IMG/VR virus record: IMGVR_UViG_3300024229_000651 | DNA: 64,000 bases | Direction: 5' to 3' (one strand) | From: a virus | Lineage: Duplodnaviria; Caudoviricetes | Part shown: one piece after another, positions 47,195 to 56,131 of the stretch | How positions within the stretch are numbered: the stretch's first letter is position 1 | Layout: each line of letters begins with the position of its first letter | Program-made: the position numbers and the translations under genes | Notes under the pieces: model-generated | What the model saw: only the letters and a program-made list of their open reading frames with translations | The model's database searches: none | Told to the model about the DNA's origin: nothing

Positions 47195-48340
47195 TTACCA
47201 AAGATCTGCTGAGTTAACAGCAAAGCCATTATTAGGTATATAAGAAGGAGTTTTAAGTTTAGTACTCTTCTTAAGTTGTGCAATAAGGAACGGAATGCCT
47301 GTGCGCATCTCTGTACTAAATCCTTTCAAACCAAATTCTTCATAGCTTTCAGGGTTAGCTTTAGCATACCAATTTGTGTAGGCCATTTTTACTTTGTTCC
47401 AGAACATGCCGCTTTCACCGAAGTTGGCTTCGAAATATTCTTTAGTAAATTCAGCAAACTCTCGAAGATACTTGCTATCAACATTAATACCCTGTTCATA
47501 GCACAAGTTAAAGTACTCGTATAATTGTCTAGCTTCCTTAGCTTGCACCGGGCGGCTTGTATTCAAGTAACTCCAGTATTCTGCAAACATTCTAGTAACT
47601 TCTGGACGTTTTGCTTTACTTAGATTTTTACTCATAATTGTATCAGCAAGCAATGTAAATGCACCAGGTTTATCGTCATCGCCGAATTTGTTGCCGGTAG
47701 CAAATAACTTTACTTTTGCAAAATGCTGTTGTTTAAGATCTGCATCAAGCCAATCTTGGTCAGTAGCACCGTCTGTGCGTACACCGTGTACCATTTGCTT
47801 GAAGATGTCAATAAAATCTAGCGGCGCTTTGGCCTCACCATTAAGTTTAATAAAGTTTCGTCTAATTTCTAATTTATGTTTAGTGGGGTAAACATTTACT
47901 GGAATAGTAAAGTTTTTAGGCAGAACACCAAAAACCATTGTGCACAAAATATATAGAACGATTGCAGTATGTTGGCCATCCCATGCAATATATTTTCCAG
48001 GCTGTTCTGGGTCCTCATATACCTGAATAGGCATTACCATGGTGTTTTTAAAACCAGATATGATTTCAGTTATATGCTTAAAGTTTACTTGTCGCTGCAT
48101 TGTTGTGTCGATCAATATTTGATCTAGGGTTGCATTAACTCCTTTACACAATTCTATGTCAGTGATGGTTTTGAATTGAGGCTGGCGCCGTTTGAATTCA
48201 TCTACAGTGCCGGTGAGCATATTTCTGAAAGCAGAATGCAACGACAGTGATTGTTCTAAACGGTCTTGTAGGGAAACAAAATTACTTTCAGTATTACTAA
48301 ACTGTTCATTAATTTTGTCAGCATGGTCTAAAGTAGTCAT
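47195..48340 (-). CDS. ParB/Srx- or DGQHR-like domain protein, 381 aa
   Basis: MQRQVN...PIQVYED...YIAWDGQHT; AGGAG SD. Confidence 0.55.
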   Translation of the reverse strand: MTTLDHADKINEQFSNTESNFVSLQDRLEQSLSLHSAFRNMLTGTVDEFKRRQPQFKTITDIELCKGVNATLDQILIDTTMQRQVNFKHITEIISGFKNTMVMPIQVYEDPEQPGKYIAWDGQHTAIVLYILCTMVFGVLPKNFTIPVNVYPTKHKLEIRRNFIKLNGEAKAPLDFIDIFKQMVHGVRTDGATDQDWLDADLKQQHFAKVKLFATGNKFGDDDKPGAFTLLADTIMSKNLSKAKRPEVTRMFAEYWSYLNTSRPVQAKEARQLYEYFNLCYEQGINVDSKYLREFAEFTKEYFEANFGESGMFWNKVKMAYTNWYAKANPESYEEFGLKGFSTEMRTGIPFLIAQLKKSTKLKTPSYIPNNGFAVNSADLW

Positions 48341-48423
48341 ATTATATCTCCTAGCCTATTTCTGAGGCGGATTGTTAAAGTTAAGTATTGTGAAAGTGAC
48401 TAAACTTTGCACAACACGAGCAT

Positions 48424-48452
48424 ATAGTACTATCACTATATTCTGTTGTCAA
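48424..48452 (-). promoter_or_regulatory. sigma70-like promoter
   Basis: GG-TTGACA-17-TACTAT upstream of the 381-aa gene. Confidence 0.7.
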
Positions 48453-48631
48453 CCGTTTTTGGGATCTTGTGCTTGCTCCTTTCTCAGTTGCTCTTCTTCT
48501 TTGCTAGGAAGAGTCTGTTGCTGTTGGGGTTGACGCTTTCCAAAGATGCGGTCGTAATTATCCGAATACGCTTTTTGGTTAGAACCTTTTCTGAGGCGAT
48601 CTCCCTTGCCGCCGTGCCACTTGTCTGTCAT
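48449..48631 (-). CDS. Small hypothetical protein, 60 aa
   Basis: MTDKWHGGKGDRLRK...YDRIFGK; coupled to the upstream gene. Confidence 0.65.
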   Translation of the reverse strand: MTDKWHGGKGDRLRKGSNQKAYSDNYDRIFGKRQPQQQQTLPSKEEEQLRKEQAQDPKNG

Positions 48632-48900
48632 TGTGAATACCTCGCAACACGAACAAGCAATGCATCCATTGACGGGTCGTTGAAGTAAGCAGTCGGGCCA
48701 GGAAAGTCTCTAGTCAACAGCATGTCGCCTTTGTGATACAGAGCCATTGTCCATAGCCCTGAATAAGATTTTTCAGGCTTCTTACGCTTGTCCCGTTCAG
48801 CAACAACAGTGTAGCCGTTACTAAAATCGTATTGATGCCGGATAAGGTTTCCAACATCCTCAACAATCTTTTTGTCCAGCAGAGGATAATCTTCCGTCAT
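48628..48900 (-). CDS. Hypothetical protein, 90 aa
   Basis: Overlapping ATGA junctions. Confidence 0.6.
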   Translation of the reverse strand: MTEDYPLLDKKIVEDVGNLIRHQYDFSNGYTVVAERDKRKKPEKSYSGLWTMALYHKGDMLLTRDFPGPTAYFNDPSMDALLVRVARYSQ

Positions 48901-49334
48901 CGTGCCATCCTAGAAATTTCTTCAGCATGCTTCTGATCAATAACTGGCACAGCATTACTCTTGTGCATGGTAGCAATACCTTTGACCAGTGTACCAGTAT
49001 ACTTCTGCGGCTCTACTTTACGACAACTTCCCGTGTCAATAGAACCCATTGGTACACTAGGATACTTTTCTCTGTGGTCGTCTCTGCGCCAAGCTGGTGG
49101 AGTAGAAGGTGCAGCCGTCACAAACTTCTTCTTGTCAATTTTGTTACGACCGAAGCAGTAATCAAGATAGTCGTCGAACGACTCGTAACGCATGTCATGC
49201 ATACCATTGCGCTTCATTTCTTTGTTGTGCTTGTGCCAACTTTCACGAAGCTCTGCGGTACGTGCTTTGGTTAACTTGACCTCACGCTTTTTTGTACTGA
49301 TGGTGCTGAGGCCTTGTGCAAGATGCATTGTCAT
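48897..49334 (-). CDS. Hypothetical protein, 145 aa
   Basis: C-terminal YTGTLVKGIATMHKSNAVPV. Confidence 0.7.
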   Translation of the reverse strand: MTMHLAQGLSTISTKKREVKLTKARTAELRESWHKHNKEMKRNGMHDMRYESFDDYLDYCFGRNKIDKKKFVTAAPSTPPAWRRDDHREKYPSVPMGSIDTGSCRKVEPQKYTGTLVKGIATMHKSNAVPVIDQKHAEEISRMAR

Positions 49335-49336
49335 AA

Positions 49337-49582
49337 CTATGATCCTGTTGAGATTTCAACGTCGAGATCAGGGTTAGCAGAAATAAACTGATCTGCAAGA
49401 AAATGGAACTCATCGTAATGTGCCTTTGTGCTTTCATTAGACATGACACCGCGTGAACCAGCCATATCACTGTACACGTCAGCATCAACAAAATTCCAGT
49501 TGATTGTACCATCAACATTGATGTTCTCGCTGAGTGTTACAGCCTTGTTAAATGCACGGGCCATCTTGTTTGATACGTTCAT
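49337..49582 (-). CDS. Hypothetical protein (start refined)
   Basis: ATG at 49582 with GAGAG 8 nt upstream; INWNFVDAD motif. Confidence 0.6.
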   Translation of the reverse strand: MNVSNKMARAFNKAVTLSENINVDGTINWNFVDADVYSDMAGSRGVMSNESTKAHYDEFHFLADQFISANPDLDVEISTGS

Positions 49583-49614
49583 AAGCATTACTCTCTTTGT
49601 TAACAATATATACT

Positions 49615-49650
49615 ATTATACGGATTCTAGAGCCAAAGTCAACCTTTTTC
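49615..49650 (-). promoter_or_regulatory. sigma70-like promoter with A-tract
   Basis: AAAAAGG-TTGACT-16-TATAATAGTA. Confidence 0.68.
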
Positions 49651-49749
49651 TGCCAGAAATATTGGTATATAAGTGCTTGATTTATAGCATGTTTTAAGTA
49701 CATATACCAGCTGAAATAAGTAATTATTAACAGACAAGAGGTATTTTTC

Positions 49750-49998
49750 ATGGATTTAGCTGGTAATAACGATGGGAAAATAATCACCATCACTGATTTG
49801 CTACAAGACAAGGAAACTAAACAGAAAGAACTGGACTATTACGAAATGTGTTTAAAGGATTTGGTAATGAAGATGCAGTTGGTAAGGAATCAAATAGGCG
49901 TCACCGAAACTATCATTAATATGATAAAAACAGAAAACGATAAGTTATTTGAGGACTTCATAGCTGCTAAGGATAAAGCAAGAATTTTAGACCTATAA
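49750..49998 (+). CDS. Small coiled-coil hypothetical protein
   Basis: GAGG SD; terminator follows. Confidence 0.65.
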   Translation: MDLAGNNDGKIITITDLLQDKETKQKELDYYEMCLKDLVMKMQLVRNQIGVTETIINMIKTENDKLFEDFIAAKDKARILDL

Positions 49999-50002
49999 AA
50001 AG

Positions 50003-50024
50003 AAAGGGGACCGGAGTCCCCTTT
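50003..50024. terminator. Hairpin terminator between convergent genes
   Basis: AAAGGGGAC-CGGA-GTCCCCTTT. Confidence 0.75.
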
Positions 50025-50054
50025 CCATATCTTAGAAATGTCAATATCTAAAGA

Positions 50055-50336
50055 TTATACCGCGGTGTTAGCAGCAGCCAATGCACGGTAGCCAGCAGCC
50101 ACAATCTCGCGGCTAGGAGTACCTAGTCGATAGAAAGTCTTGGTGCGACCTTTAGTGTCAGTGTTCTGATTTGCATAGATTGCAAAACCCTTCATGCGAA
50201 GTGCTGACACAGTCGAACGTGCATTACCCACGCCAAAACGTGCTTCGATTTGCGCAGCAGTCAAGCCGCGGTTAGTGCTCTGCAGTGCTTCAAGAACTCG
50301 GTCTTGCTTAGATACAGTGTTGTTTACAATAGACAT
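50055..50336 (-). CDS. Winged-HTH-like DNA-binding protein
   Basis: RVLEAL...GLTAAQIEARFGVGNARSTVSALRMKG...YRLG; AAGGAG SD. Confidence 0.65.
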   Translation of the reverse strand: MSIVNNTVSKQDRVLEALQSTNRGLTAAQIEARFGVGNARSTVSALRMKGFAIYANQNTDTKGRTKTFYRLGTPSREIVAAGYRALAAANTAV

Positions 50337-50395
50337 AATGTCTCCTTTTTACCTTAGGTTCTCATGTACCGCCCATCGGCACACAAGTTTGTACT

Positions 50396-50431
50396 ATTAT
50401 ACTGATTTTAAAACTGAAGTCAACCTTTTTT
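50396..50431 (-). promoter_or_regulatory. sigma70-like promoter with A-tract
   Basis: AAAAAAAGG-TTGACT-16-TATAATAGTA; near-identical flanks to the 49615 promoter. Confidence 0.68.
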
Positions 50432-50445
50432 TAATAAATATTTGC

Positions 50446-51330
50446 ATGACAACAAATACTCTCGTAATTGGGGGCTCTGGCTATATAGGTAGCGCACTTT
50501 GCCCTCAATTGAACACTTACTACACAAACATGGATTTACACTGGTTCGGTGGACCTAGCCCCAACCTAAAAATGGACTTCGGGGATATAACTCAGGGATT
50601 TTTAAAAAACTATGACACCATTGTTCTACTTGCAGGACATAGCAGTGTTGCAATGTGCGATCACAGTTTGCTCGGGTCTTGGAAGAATAATGTTACTAAT
50701 TTTATAAATTTGCTTGAATGCATGGGGGATGATCAAGTTCTCATATATGCAAGTAGCGGCAGTGTGTATGGCAGTAATAATGATACACTATGTTACGAGT
50801 CTATGGATTTACCGTTAGAAAGTAAAAATTATGATTTTACAAAAAAAGCGATTGAGAAGATCGCAATGAAATCTGATAGGAACACAGTAGGACTTAGATT
50901 CGGCACTCTAAATGGATGGTCACCTAATACTAGAACGGACTTAATGATTAACCAAATGGTCCTAACAGCTAAAACATCTAACGGTATAGCACTGACTTCT
51001 GTGGAAAACTATAGAAGCATTTTGGGTATTAACGATTGTGTTAATGCGATCAATGCTATTATAGAGAATCCGAAACAAGGCAATTACATATACAACCTTT
51101 CAAGTCTTAGCGGCAATGTTAGATCATTTGGCACTGCTGTAAAGAATTCATTAAACTGTAATCTGACCATTCACGATGAAGAAACAAGTAGATTCAGTTT
51201 TCAACTGGATAACTCCAGGTTTATAGAAGACTACAATTTTGTATACCTCGATACGTTACAATCGCTGATTGAAGATCTTGCATTAAACAGCTACAGTCAT
51301 AATCATAGGAGAGATGCAATTGACTACTAA
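50446..51330 (+). CDS. NAD-dependent sugar epimerase/dehydratase (extended SDR)
   Basis: True start MTTNTLVIGGSGYIG at 50446 (5 nt after ATAAATA 50434-50440); YASSGSVYG, YDFTK, LRFGT. Confidence 0.87.
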   Translation: MTTNTLVIGGSGYIGSALCPQLNTYYTNMDLHWFGGPSPNLKMDFGDITQGFLKNYDTIVLLAGHSSVAMCDHSLLGSWKNNVTNFINLLECMGDDQVLIYASSGSVYGSNNDTLCYESMDLPLESKNYDFTKKAIEKIAMKSDRNTVGLRFGTLNGWSPNTRTDLMINQMVLTAKTSNGIALTSVENYRSILGINDCVNAINAIIENPKQGNYIYNLSSLSGNVRSFGTAVKNSLNCNLTIHDEETSRFSFQLDNSRFIEDYNFVYLDTLQSLIEDLALNSYSHNHRRDAIDY

Positions 51331-52201
51331 GAACACAATTTTTATATTAACATACTGTGAGGGTGACTTTTTTACAACGCAAGCATGGGCCAACGTAGAT
51401 CACTCTGACTATAATTTTGTTGTGCTTGACAACGGTAATCAGCAAAACGTTAAAGATTTTTGTGAGCAGAACAACTGGGAATACTATGCCTCGGAATACA
51501 ACATCGGTAGCAGTGGAGGATATAATTGGATAATCAGAGCAGCATCAATGTTAAAATTGAAACGTGCTGCACTTGTGCAAGCGGACGTAGAAATACAAGA
51601 TATTGCAACAATCAACATGCTGTTTAATCCTCACATAGAAAGGTGCGATGATACTTCAGTTTTAATGTGGCCTCAAACAGATCCTACGGGTTGGCTAACT
51701 GAACTAATGGCAGAAACAGAACGAGACTTCACATACGGTGAAGGGACACCTGTAAACTTAGGGCAAATATTTTCCTTCAATCCGGATCACATGATATATA
51801 ACCATTTGCTAAATGATGAAAATTTTGTAGTCACTCACTTTGACGATGTTGATCTTAAATATCGAATAATAAATTCAGATACAAGATTACTAAATATGGC
51901 TTGGTATCATAAAATGGAAGACAGGTGGATTGCCGATGAAGTTGGTCCTAATATAACAAACGGCTCTGTAGATGGTATGTACAAAATACATCACATTAGT
52001 GTTGAAACAAATGGCAACCACCAAGATTGGTACGAGTATAATATTGCATACTACGAGGGTAAACTTCTTAACACTCCAGAAGGTTACAAAAGACTCAATA
52101 AGTGGTCGCAAGCATCGTTACGATGGACTGAAATAGGATACCCACCGTTTCCAGTGGAATACGAACTTAATCGATGGTGGTCACAGAGGGAAAGTAAGTA
52201 A
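51314..52201 (+). CDS. Putative GT-A (family 2-like) glycosyltransferase
   Basis: VVLDNG, NIGSSGGYN, QAD, DENF...FDDVDL. Confidence 0.65.
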   Translation: MQLTTKNTIFILTYCEGDFFTTQAWANVDHSDYNFVVLDNGNQQNVKDFCEQNNWEYYASEYNIGSSGGYNWIIRAASMLKLKRAALVQADVEIQDIATINMLFNPHIERCDDTSVLMWPQTDPTGWLTELMAETERDFTYGEGTPVNLGQIFSFNPDHMIYNHLLNDENFVVTHFDDVDLKYRIINSDTRLLNMAWYHKMEDRWIADEVGPNITNGSVDGMYKIHHISVETNGNHQDWYEYNIAYYEGKLLNTPEGYKRLNKWSQASLRWTEIGYPPFPVEYELNRWWSQRESK

Positions 52202-53345
52202 TATATTTCACATCACTTTTGACAGCATCAACCCGCTGTCTAATCTCATTTAAAAAATTCCAAGCCAATGGCACAATTATAACTTTATCGTGCTTCGATA
52301 ATTCGTCAATACTAACAACAGGTATTTGCATAGCTGGACTAAACAAACCTTGTTTTGCTGGACTGTCGTCTATGATAAAATCTAATTCTGTCTGTGCTGC
52401 ATTTAAAAATGTCATACCTTTTGCAGCGGCGCCGTAACCAATAACTGTGTAACCATCCTGCTTGTATTTTTCAACAGTATGCTTAAACTCGTCACATAAC
52501 GTTTTAACATTGTCAGCAAATTTTTCATAGAAAGAAAATGTGGTTCTGCCGTCAGCGTCTTCTTTTTCTTTCATTGCTATACTGTTCTGTACGTTGTACT
52601 CTTTAGATAATGTAAACAAATAACTATCCCCATGTATATCCATTATCTCAACTTTGTTCAGATACAATCCGCAACGCCCTGCTAGCCGTAACATACTACT
52701 AACACTAAAGAAGCTAATATGTTCGTGATAAACAGTATCAAATTCACCTCTTTGATACATTTGACTTTGACTGGTTTGTATATATATTTTACCAGTGTTC
52801 GTTATATTATCACTACAAGCTAATAAAAATTCATACGGGTTTGGAGTGTGGGCTAGAACGTTTTGTGCTACAATTACGTCATATTTCTTTAGATGTGTAT
52901 CGCAGGGCCAAAACCCGTGCGTTATATTGTGTACTTTGCTCGACTCTTCTAATAAATTTTCTGCAGGATCAACACCGTATGTTTTCCAACCATAGTTGCT
53001 AAATGCATTAAGCTGGGAACCATCATTGCATGCTATATCCAAAACTGTTTTAGAACTAGTATTTTCGTTTGATACTTTTTTTGCAAAATCTAAAAAATAG
53101 TCTTTTAGAGTATTGCTTGTACCGGACTTATAAATGTAATTTGCAAACAGCACAGACGGATCTACACTGTGGGACAATTGCGTATGTCCGCAAATATCAC
53201 AGTAGTTTACTGCTAACGGGTATTCATCTGTTTTAATTGGGGTGTCTGTAAAATTATTTGCTAAAGGCTGATCATGTAGATCTAAGAACTTTTCAATTTT
53301 ATCATTACTGCATGCAACACATGCTAAAAGCTCAGTACAACTCAT
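52167..53345 (-). CDS. NDP-sugar C-methyltransferase-like
   Basis: N-terminal CxxC...CxxC Zn site, LDIACNDG, NVLAH, YHEHISFF, GYGAAAKG, LAWNF. Confidence 0.88.
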   Translation of the reverse strand: MSCTELLACVACSNDKIEKFLDLHDQPLANNFTDTPIKTDEYPLAVNYCDICGHTQLSHSVDPSVLFANYIYKSGTSNTLKDYFLDFAKKVSNENTSSKTVLDIACNDGSQLNAFSNYGWKTYGVDPAENLLEESSKVHNITHGFWPCDTHLKKYDVIVAQNVLAHTPNPYEFLLACSDNITNTGKIYIQTSQSQMYQRGEFDTVYHEHISFFSVSSMLRLAGRCGLYLNKVEIMDIHGDSYLFTLSKEYNVQNSIAMKEKEDADGRTTFSFYEKFADNVKTLCDEFKHTVEKYKQDGYTVIGYGAAAKGMTFLNAAQTELDFIIDDSPAKQGLFSPAMQIPVVSIDELSKHDKVIIVPLAWNFLNEIRQRVDAVKSDVKYITYFPSVTTID

Positions 53346-53767
53346 CCCTTGTACCGTTCAGCCAAGTACTGTTCGTGTTGCTTCCACTTGCCTTTGTCTA
53401 TAAAACCCCATTCCCTTACTGAAGGACCTGGGATGAATAAAGTCCATACATCACTACCAGGCTCCAACTCAATCCGGTGAAGGCCGCGACTGCTCGAAAA
53501 GCGACAAGTAAAGGGTCTCCTCCACTTTCGCTCGCCAGTTTGTAAATGCTCCCAATACCCACCTTTAAGGATAATAGTGCAATAAGGCCAAGGGTGATCA
53601 TGTAAATCATCTGGGTCTCCTTTATGAAAGTTATGTAAGAAAATGTTAAATGGGAACCATTTTCTATCTTTTAAAAATAAATAATATCGTGTTAAGTAAG
53701 GCTCGTTATTTATACGATCCATTACAATGCGTTTTCTTCCTAATTTTTCTAGCCATTTTAAAAACAT
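53342..53767 (-). CDS. Cupin-fold protein
   Basis: FLHNFH...LHDHPWPY...GGYWEH...HRI. Confidence 0.68.
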   Translation of the reverse strand: MFLKWLEKLGRKRIVMDRINNEPYLTRYYLFLKDRKWFPFNIFLHNFHKGDPDDLHDHPWPYCTIILKGGYWEHLQTGERKWRRPFTCRFSSSRGLHRIELEPGSDVWTLFIPGPSVREWGFIDKGKWKQHEQYLAERYKG

Positions 53768-53768
53768 G

Positions 53769-54464
53769 TTATTGACCTTTTAGTACTTCCCATGTGTGCT
53801 TCCAATCTCGGACATGGTATACTTGTTTACTATCTAGCAGAACTGCTAAGGGATAATCATTTCCGCCTTCGTCACATTTATCTCCATAAAAATTAATGTA
53901 ACTTATTTCGTCTATATCGAAGTCATCTAGTACTTGACTTTTATCACATCCTATAGGGAATATATCTATGCCTGTATCCCCGCCGACTTTTGCTGATAAG
54001 TCTGGAAATGTAGCTTCAAATCGTTGTGCAATATTAGCTCTCTCGTTTTGAAATGTATCATATGCTACATACATTGCTCGTTGTTCAGTGTCAGCGTTAC
54101 GTCCTACTACACTAAAGTTAACCATTCCTGTTCTAGCTTCTATATGATTGCCTGTCCTGTATTTGTAGTCCGAGGACGTTACTTCACGGGAGAGCCACGA
54201 TGCTGCATTCTTCGGTAGTACCCAATCAGTTGAATATATACGTTTGTCGCCGGTCCATACTTCATTGCCGCTACAATTATATACTCTTGCACAAGCGTTA
54301 TAAATTTCTTCGCCGACTTGCTCAACTGTCTTGGGTTTGTCAGAACCTGTTACAAGAAACACAGGATTATTTTGACAAAAATCTAAAAACCAATATCCAA
54401 ACTCTTCGTCCATTGCACATCGCGATGGGGTCAAAGTGCCGTCAACATCAAACATGTGAATCAT
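53769..54464 (-). CDS. Phosphomannomutase (HAD IIB, eukaryote-like PMM)
   Basis: FDVDGTLT, VTGSD, RTGMVNFS, GIDIFPIGCDK, FYGDK...GGND. Confidence 0.88.
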   Translation of the reverse strand: MIHMFDVDGTLTPSRCAMDEEFGYWFLDFCQNNPVFLVTGSDKPKTVEQVGEEIYNACARVYNCSGNEVWTGDKRIYSTDWVLPKNAASWLSREVTSSDYKYRTGNHIEARTGMVNFSVVGRNADTEQRAMYVAYDTFQNERANIAQRFEATFPDLSAKVGGDTGIDIFPIGCDKSQVLDDFDIDEISYINFYGDKCDEGGNDYPLAVLLDSKQVYHVRDWKHTWEVLKGQ

Positions 54465-54904
54465 TATTGCTGTCCTTTAGAAACCCTATTACGTAAACTT
54501 GTACTACTAAAACTGTGATCTCTTTTATTAAAATATAAATCAATGTTTCTCATAGTACAAATATCTCTTCCAGTAAAGTCACTATCCTTATACTCTATAC
54601 CTAGTATACGCACATTTATAGGTAAAGTCAATAGCATATCTTCTAAATCCTGTTCAGTGTTATATACAATGATCTCGTCTACAAATTTAACAGCACTCAA
54701 TTGTATTTGTCTTTCTATAATACTTTGTATAGGCGGATTCTTACTGTCAGGTCGATCAATAGTGGGATCATTTTGTAAGCCTACAATAAGAAAATCACAG
54801 TGACGTTTTGCTTCTTCTAACATAGTGATATGCCCAGCATGCAGGAGATCAAACGTACTACAAGTAAAACCTATTGTGCCACAATCCTTGTAGTCTAGTT
54901 TCAT
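54464..54904 (-). CDS. Glycerol-3-phosphate-type cytidylyltransferase
   Basis: TFDLLHAGH, ER, FSSTSLR. Confidence 0.85.
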   Translation of the reverse strand: MKLDYKDCGTIGFTCSTFDLLHAGHITMLEEAKRHCDFLIVGLQNDPTIDRPDSKNPPIQSIIERQIQLSAVKFVDEIIVYNTEQDLEDMLLTLPINVRILGIEYKDSDFTGRDICTMRNIDLYFNKRDHSFSSTSLRNRVSKGQQ

Positions 54905-55338
54905 TACTGAAAATCTCTTAGCATTTTTTCAATTTCCAATGCATGTTGTTCTTCTGTGCCGATTTGGCCTCTCGCATATTCTTCCAACATTATACTAGAG
55001 TCTGCTACTTCTGTCAACAACTTTTTGTACAATCCTACCGCATGCTCTTCATGTGCAAGGCTTTCCCGTAGAATAGCTTGGACACTATGGTCATGGCTTT
55101 CTTCTATTTGCGCAATACGCTGACTAGGATGTCCGTTAAATCCACTAATAAACTCTCCTGCTTGTAAAGCATGAGCCAAACTTTCATTTGCTTGCTCCTG
55201 CAAAAAGGTTACAATTGGCTGTCTATACGGGCCTGTGATCATTAGCGAGCTGTGTGCATATCGTACGACACCTGCCATTTCATATTCCACAATCTCATTG
55301 AGGATCTCGTTAACTGCCAGTCTGTTAAGTGTTTTCAT
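54904..55338 (-). CDS. Ferritin-like (bacterioferritin-type) protein
   Basis: EYE...ESLAH...EEH...EEQH ferroxidase pattern in a four-helix bundle. Confidence 0.8.
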   Translation of the reverse strand: MKTLNRLAVNEILNEIVEYEMAGVVRYAHSSLMITGPYRQPIVTFLQEQANESLAHALQAGEFISGFNGHPSQRIAQIEESHDHSVQAILRESLAHEEHAVGLYKKLLTEVADSSIMLEEYARGQIGTEEQHALEIEKMLRDFQ

Positions 55339-55340
55339 TT

Positions 55341-56120
55341 CTAGTTACTCTCTCCGTTGTAATATTCGAGACGTTCAATGTCATCTTCGTTTGTTTCTTG
55401 GCCATATTGTATTTCTATAATATGGCAAGGTTGTTCATAGGGATTGTATGCTTGATGCCAGTCACCTTGTCTGACATGAAACAATTCATCTTTTTTAAGT
55501 GTATGTATGGAAAACTGGGTATGGTGACGGAATGCATGTTTGACATTGATCATGCCCTTACTCACAAACCACATTTCGGAACGTTTGAAATGGCGCTGGT
55601 AACTGATACCCTTGCCCGGCTCAATTATTAGTTCTTTTACACGCACAACATCATCATGGAATATGTCACTAAACTCGCCCCATACTCTGCGTACAGTTGG
55701 ATATTGCCATTCCTTTAGTATCCAACTACTGCTATTGGCTTTGTTATCGCCACCGACAGCAAATTCAAACTCGTAACCGTCGACATCCATTTCTGGTATG
55801 TTGTCTTTGCCTCTGTCACCACCATTACAAAATACATATTCATGGTCGTGTCCATACTCGTCTCTAATCTGCACTAGACCCGCAGTGACGCTGTCGTCGC
55901 TGTCATTTACTGCAAATACTTTATCTACCATATCCATTCTTTCGATGATAGTAGAACGCTCAGTAAAGGGCATGAATGGTCTACCCTTCTTCCGGGTTAA
56001 CCATTCGTCACTGTTGACTAGTACGACTAGTACATCGCCGTGCTCGGCTGCTGATTGTAAGTAATGGATATGCCCTGAATGTAAAGGATCGAATCCTCCA
56101 CTAACGACAGATATTTTCAC
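55341..56120 (-). CDS. Cytidylyltransferase fused to a cupin (mannose-6-P isomerase type II-like)
   Basis: SGGFDPLHSGH, NGGDR, KANSSSW; then RVWG, SYQRH..RSEMW, IEIQYG...EDDIER. Confidence 0.85.
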   Translation of the reverse strand: MKISVVSGGFDPLHSGHIHYLQSAAEHGDVLVVLVNSDEWLTRKKGRPFMPFTERSTIIERMDMVDKVFAVNDSDDSVTAGLVQIRDEYGHDHEYVFCNGGDRGKDNIPEMDVDGYEFEFAVGGDNKANSSSWILKEWQYPTVRRVWGEFSDIFHDDVVRVKELIIEPGKGISYQRHFKRSEMWFVSKGMINVKHAFRHHTQFSIHTLKKDELFHVRQGDWHQAYNPYEQPCHIIEIQYGQETNEDDIERLEYYNGESN

Positions 56121-56131
56121 AGTTACCTCTG

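Noticed and set aside
50194-50445. N-terminal extension of the epimerase given in the ORF track
   Set aside because: It overlaps the opposite-strand HTH gene and its promoter; the Rossmann motif begins right after the ATG at 50446.
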